Under the pieces are notes generated by a model, which made no database searches, had not been told where the DNA came from, and saw nothing but the letters and a program-made list of their open reading frames with translations. A stretch of 64,000 bases of DNA from Eledone cirrhosa (taxonomy: Eukaryota): positions 222,022,001 through 222,086,000 of the forward strand of contig OZ024742.1 of the NCBI GenBank assembly GCA_964016885.1. Direction: 5' to 3'. The number at the start of each line of letters is the position of its first letter. The stretch's first letter is position 1. A program made the translations under genes and the position numbers. This document shows, piece by piece, positions 57,723 to 64,000 of the stretch.

Positions 57723-57780
57723 TATGCTGATGAGAATAGGTACAAATATGCGATAATGAATGTGTCTAAAAACGTCCATA
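57723..57780 (+). ncRNA. Second, aberrant hammerhead-like motif in the PLE 3' UTR (mirror at ~54891-54950)
   Basis: TATG CTGATGA GAA TAGGTACA...TGTGTCTA AAAAC GTC CATA. Stems I and II pair, but G12 is A and there is a 3-nt insert. Confidence 0.4.
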
Positions 57781-57925
57781 AGTATGTATATATATGTGAA
57801 AATGTATATAAATAAGTAAATATATATATATGTTTGATGTGTATAGTTAGATGTAAGTGTATTCATGTATTAAAGTGCTTATATATATATATATATGTAT
57901 ATGTGTGTATATGTATGTATGTGTA

Positions 57926-58024
<99 letters not shown>

Positions 58025-58574
58025 GTGTATATGGATGTGTATGTATGTGTATGTGTGTACACATGGACTAGAGTATGTATGTATATATGTGTGTGTCTAT
58101 ACGTGTGTATATAAAGATAAGTTGAGTATGAAAATGTATACACATGAGCGCGTATGTATGTACATAAATACATGTGTGTATATATGTGTATGCATGTGTA
58201 TATATATGTAAGTATGAATATGTGAATTGTGTGTATATGTATTTTGTAGAGGTGTGCAAATATATTTGTGTGTGAATGCGTGGGTGAAAGGATACGTACA
58301 CTTGAAAGAAAAATTTAAGTCTGAATGTTAATTAAGTGCAAACACAAAACCAACCACGCATATCTTCACTATCTCTAATCCTTCTATAGATTTAGAAAAA
58401 TAACCAATAATATATTCTATAAAAAATGTCAAAACAACAGATGGGAATCTAATTACTCACTGCCACCAAGAATTCTCACTGCTATCGAAAAACCACTCCT
58501 TCAACTATTCTTCTAACAACTTCACCCCTCCCTCCTAATATTCTCTATAAAAACTAAATAGGTCCTCAGTAATA

Positions 58575-58691
58575 TTATTCTGATGAAATGACAGTAAATA
58601 ATAACATTGAAATATTGAATGTCTGCATAACTAAAAGTTTGTAGATAGCTGTTTTAGGTTATGTAACTGTTATAGAAACACGTGTCAATAA
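58575..58691 (+). ncRNA. Hammerhead with ~88-nt stem II in the PLE pLTR
   Basis: TTATT CTGATGA A-ATGACAGT...ACTGTTAT-A GAAA C-ACGT-G TC AATAA. Palindromic stem III; the stem I 3' strand overlaps AATAAA. Confidence 0.8.
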
Positions 58692-58725
58692 ATTCCTTTC
58701 AACTAAACTGTATCCATTCAAATCT

Positions 58726-58784
<59 letters not shown>

Positions 58785-59460
58785 CCAATTATCTTTTTTT
58801 TTCCCCTTCGTTTTTAACAACATTCTTCAATTACATCTAACTCTTATTTATCATATCTATATGAATTAATATAAATTTATCAATATAAATATACCTATCA
58901 ATTAAATTAATTTATTTTCTTTTTATAGATGTAAATTCCTTATGTTTTAAATAAGATTGATATTTTTCACTAACACATTTATCGTAAAATTTCATTCTCC
59001 TTAGATTTTAACATTAGCATTATTCTTTTATAACATCAAATTTTCGTGTATTTTTCACCGGCTTGACCTATTTTCATCCCCAAAGTAATCTTTTCATTTA
59101 AAATACTCTTTCCATTCAAACCTAAGTCTGCTTTCCTCTACCCCTAAATTAAATTTCAATTACTACTATTCTATCATCTTGACCACTTACTACTTTTCTA
59201 TTGGTCAATTCAAAACCTGTTCCCAATCAGACCTATTATATTAAATCTTTGTTGGTTTTTTTCAATAAACAAATATCATTATTTCAGTAGACAGCATATA
59301 TATGTGTAGGTATGTATATTCCCTCTGATAGTTTGTAAACATTTTACATAGATCTTTATAATATACATACCAACACACATATATATCCTAGAAACGATCG
59401 TAAAATGATGAATTTTGAAATATAAGGAACTGTTTCTTTGTTTTTATTCATTATTTTTAT

Positions 59461-59648
59461 TAGGCAGTATCAGTAGAGGGTCGGACGCCATGCTTTGCAG
59501 CACAGTTACGTCCCTTTACGGACTGAGTTCAAGACCCGCCGAGGTTAACTTTGCCTTTCATCCTTAACGGGTCGATAAAATAAAGTACCAGTAATACACT
59601 GGAATAATTGCTGGCCTTGTGCCAAAAGTAGAAACAATTATTTTTATT
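59461..59648 (+). mobile_element. tRNA-derived SINE
   Basis: GGCAGTATCAGTAGAG A-box, GTTCAAGACC B-box, same core and tail as 44911-45115. Confidence 0.85.
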
Positions 59649-59652
59649 AATT

Positions 59653-59770
<118 letters not shown>

Positions 59771-59930
59771 AATATATATATATATATATGTGTTTGAGCG
59801 TTTAGCGTTAAGTGTGTACATGCATGTATCATATATTAAGCTTATATATGTGTATATAATCACAAGTTTGTAAGCATACACATGTGTATATACACTTACG
59901 ACATGTGTAAACATACACACATTTATATGC

Positions 59931-62791
59931 CTACACGAGAATGTATATTCCTATACGAGAGTGTATATGTCTACACTAGCGAGTATATACCTACATGAGA
60001 GTGTATATGTCTACACGAGCGAGTATATACCTACATGAGAGTGTATATGTCTACACGAGCGAGTATATACCTACACGAGAGTGTATATGTCTACACAACC
60101 GTGTATATACCTACACGAGAGTGTATATGTCTACACGAGAGTGTATATGTCTACATGAGCGTGTATATACCTACATGAGAATGTATATGTCTACATGAGA
60201 GTGTATATATCTACACGAGAATGTATATGTCTACATGAGAGTGTATATGTCTACATGAGAGTGTATATGTCTACATGAGAATGTATATGTCTACATGAGA
60301 GTGTATATGTCTACACGAGAATGTATATGTCTACACGAGAGTGTATTTGTCTACACGAGAATGTATATGTCTACACGAGAGTGTATATGTCTACATGAGA
60401 GTGTATATGTCTACACGAGAATGTATATGTCTACATGAGAGTGTATATGTCTACATGAGAGTGTATTTGTCTACATGAGAATGTATATGTCTACGTGAGA
60501 ATGTATATGTCTACACGAGAATGTATATGTCTACACGACCGTGTATATACCTACATGAGAATGTATATGTCTACACGAGAGTGTATATGTCTACACGAGA
60601 ATGTATATGTCTACATGAGAGTGTATATGTCTACACGAGAGTGTATATATCTACATGAGAGTGTATATGTCTACACGAGAATGTATATGTCTACACGAGA
60701 ATGTATTTGTCTACATGAGAGTGTATTTGTCTACATGAGAATGTATATGTCTACACGAGAGTGTATATGTCTACACGAGAGTGTATATATCTACACGAGA
60801 GTGTATATGTCTACACGAGAATGTATATGTCTACATGAGAATGTATATATCTACACGAGAGTGTATATGTCTACACGAGAATGTATATGTCTACATGAGA
60901 ATGTATATGTCTACATCAGAGTGTATATGTCTACACGAGAGTGTATATGTCTACACGAGAGTGTATATGTCTACACGAGAATGTATTTGTCTACATGAGA
61001 GTGTATTTGTCTACATGAGAATGTATATGTCTACATGAGAGTGTATATGCCTACACGAGAATGTATATGTCTACACGAGAGTGTATATGTCTACAAGAGA
61101 GTGTATATGTCTACACGAGAATGTATATGTCTACACGAGAATGTATATATCTACACGAGAGTGTATATGTCTACACGAGAATGTATATGTCTAAATGAGA
61201 ATGTATATGTCTACATGAGAGTGTATTTGTCTACATGAGAATGTATATGTCTACATGAGAGTGTATATGCCTACACGAGAATGTATATGTCTACACGAGA
61301 GTGTATATGTCTACACGAGAGTGTATATGTCTACACGAGAGTGTATATGTCTACATGAGAGTGTATTTGTCTACATGAGAGTGTATATGTCTACACGAGA
61401 ATGTATATGTCTACATGAGAGTGTATATGTCTACACGAGAGTGTATATGTCTACATCAGAGTGTATATGTCTACACGAGAGTGTATATGTCTACATCAGA
61501 GTGTATATGTCTACATGAGAGTGTATTTGTCTACACGAGAATGTATATGTCTACATGAGAATGTATATGTCTACACGAGAATGTATATGTCTACACGAGA
61601 ATGTATATGTCTACATGAGAATGTATATGTCTACACGAGAATGTATATGTCTACATGAGAATGTATATGTCTACACGAGAGTGTATATGTCTACACGAGA
61701 GTGTATATGTCTACATGAGAGTGTATTTGTCTACACGAGAGTGTATATGTCTACATGAGAATGTATATGTCTACATGAGAATGTATATGTCTACACGAGA
61801 ATGTATATGTCTACACGAGAATGTATTTGTCTACATGAGAGTGTATATGTCTACATGAGAGTGTATTTGTCTACACGAGAGTGTATATGTCTACACGAGA
61901 ATGTATATGTTTACATGAGAGTGTATATGTCTACATGAGAGTGTATATGTCTACATGAGAGTGTATATGTCTACACGAGAGTGTATATGTCTACACGAGA
62001 GTGTATATGTCTACATGAGAGTGTATTTGTCTACACGAGAATGTATATATCTACACGAGAGTGTATATGTCTACACGAGAGTGTATATTTCTAGAAGAGA
62101 ATGTATATGTCTACACGACCGTGTATATACCTACATGAGAGTGTATATTTCTAGAAGAGAATGTATATGTCTACACGAGAGTGTATATGTCTATACGAGA
62201 GTGTATATGTCTACATGAGAGTGTATATGTCTACACGACCGTGTATATACCTACACGAGAGTGTATATGTCTACACGAGAGTGTATAATGTCTACACGAG
62301 AGTGTATATGTCTACACGAGAATGTATATGTCTACATGAGAGTGTATATTCCTACACGAGAGTGTATATGTCTACACGAGAGTGTATAATGTCTACACGA
62401 GAGTGTATATGTCTACACGAGAATGTATATGTCTACATGAGAGTGTATATGTCTACACGAGAGTGTATATGTCTACACGAGAGTGTATATGTCTACACGA
62501 GAGTGTATATGTCTACACGAGAGTGTATATGTCTACATCAGAGTGTATATGTCTACACGAGAATGTATATGTCTACATGAGAGTGTATATGTCTACACGA
62601 GAGTGTATATGTCTACACGAGAGTGTATATGTCTACATGAGAGTGTATATTCCTACACGAGAGTGTATATGTCTACACGAGAGTGTATATTCCTACACGA
62701 GAGTGCATATGTCTATATGAGAGTGTATATTCCTACATGAGAGTGTATATGTCTACATGAGAGTGTATATGTCTACACGAGAGTGCATATG
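59931..62791. repeat. 20-bp minisatellite, ~143 copies, consensus CTACAYGAGARTGTATATGT
   Basis: Exact 20-nt period is visible in the listing. Two 1-nt insertions near 62288 and 62389. Confidence 0.97.
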
Positions 62792-63109
62792 CACCTATTA
62801 GAGATTTCAATTCTAGAATGATTTATATATTTTCACAATTCCATTAATGGTCTATAATTGTATTTCCTTAATTAATATTATAATCAGAGACCCGTCACTT
62901 GCGGTCAACAAATGAAGCTTAATGGTGTAATTGTTTTGTTTTGAGATGACAAATGATTTAACTCTGGGTGAAATCCGTGCAATTATATGTCCATTCTGTT
63001 CATATAGCCAACAGTAGAGCCTTTTATTGGTATTTTATTGCAATTAAATAAGTCGTAATTGATTCCATATCTCCGGGAAATATATATTTTATTATTCTAG
63101 TTTCTTCTA

Positions 63110-63805
63110 TCTCTCTCATGGATCTGGCGTTATCGTAGCGAGGGGGATTGTGTGTTTCGTAAGTCCGAGAGAGCGTTACCGTCTGGAGCTTTGCTCCTGG
63201 TAGGGCCACCCTAGGCGGGTCAGTCTTCCGGGGAGGTCCCAGACCAATGGTGACCCGCAGTGCGTCGGCTCGCTGCCAAGATGGCAGCCCCCCATCATCC
63301 GACTATTCTGTGGAGGGTCAACAACCTGCCCAAGAAGATCCATCAACCTGTTACGAAAAACCGACCAGAAGAGACCGGACTGTCCAATATCGGAATGAAT
63401 CTCTGCATCTCCCCCCCCCCCCCACCACCACCACCACCACCGCCAACGAGAAATTGACTTACACTACAAAATTCGTGTTGCCACATGGAACGTCCTGTCG
63501 CTCCTTCATCCCGGAGCAGCCATTTTACTATCCCGAGAGCTATCTCACCCTTGTGGGATTCTGCAAGATACGCTGGCCTGACATCGGTGAGTTCATCACG
63601 GGAGACCACTGCCTCATCTTGAATGACCCTAAAGACATGACGGGCATCTGCGGTGTGGCACTGGCTGCGCCCAAGCACGTCCGTAAGTCGCTCATCAGCT
63701 GGTACCCGGTGAGCGACCGTTTGCTGCCCGCCTGTTTTTTTTTTCCACCGACACGGGAAGATGACTATCGTCGTCGCCTGTACCCCTACAGATGTCGCAG
63801 AGAAC
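63110..63805 (+). mobile_element. 5' part of an RTE-like LINE: structured 5' UTR and decayed APE endonuclease start
   Basis: ATWNVLSL at ~63480, IRWPDIGE, GVALA, SLISWYPVSDRLL, MTIVVACTPT across frameshifts. The GC-rich leader GGAGC-TTT-GCTCC-TGGTAGGGCCACCC resembles RTE 5' UTRs. Confidence 0.7.
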
Positions 63806-64000
63806 ACTGTCATCTTTGAGAATATTGTAACCAGATCAAGATTCTTCTTCATCCCACTTATGTTCTTGACATGGAGTTTCAGGTCATCGACAAAAAATTT
63901 TTGAGTTAGGTTCGTATTTTTGCCCTCCTGTGAGCCAATGATGTATCCTTCACATTTCTCGAACAGAAAGGACAAGGGGTTTAATGACAGGATAAATAGT
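63806..64000 (-). mobile_element. Non-LTR RT fragment (R4/Dong-like); runs off the window end
   Basis: LFILSLNPLSFLFEKCEGY...LTQKFFVDDLKLH (RT motifs B' to C). Confidence 0.7.

Noticed and set aside
59931-62791. MSTRECICLHESVYVY repeat ORFs, or a CRISPR array
   Set aside because: This is a pure 20-bp tandem repeat without spacers. The period is not a multiple of 3 and TGA stops are frequent.
63343-63975. 210-aa minus-strand ORF as a single gene
   Set aside because: It is a chimera. Only ~63806-64000 is RT-like; the rest is the antisense strand of the RTE fragment.

Overview
AT-rich animal genomic DNA with no recognisable host gene. The tRNA-derived SINEs and the extreme (TA)n/(CA)n density suggest a cephalopod (Octopus-like) genome; this is inference only. 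The main blocks are: (i) a ~29.3 kb two-letter hexamer satellite (ACAGCC/ACAGAC, 9466-38762) with multi-kb higher-order duplications; (ii) a near full-length, frameshifted L1/Tx1-clade LINE on the minus strand (38.9-44.3 kb) plus a 3' fragment of a relative; (iii) two Penelope-like element (PLE) families, one with an intact 773-aa RT+GIY-YIG ORF and an inverted pLTR (53.8-58.7 kb), the other present as two ~99%-identical 5'-truncated copies (1-545 and 51.9-53.55 kb); (iv) a 20-bp hairpin minisatellite (59.9-62.8 kb); (v) SINEs and decayed RTE, R4-like and DNA-transposon remnants. The most striking signal, found by reading the sequence, is a dense set of at least 15 type-I hammerhead ribozyme motifs from about 10 unrelated sequence families. 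They sit in small, often fold-back units within (TA)n tracts. Several have non-canonical features: a mismatched base of stem II, 55-90 nt stem-II insertions, a shared C-C mismatch, and an AATAAA directly 3' of the cleavage site. All structures were paired by eye, not computed.
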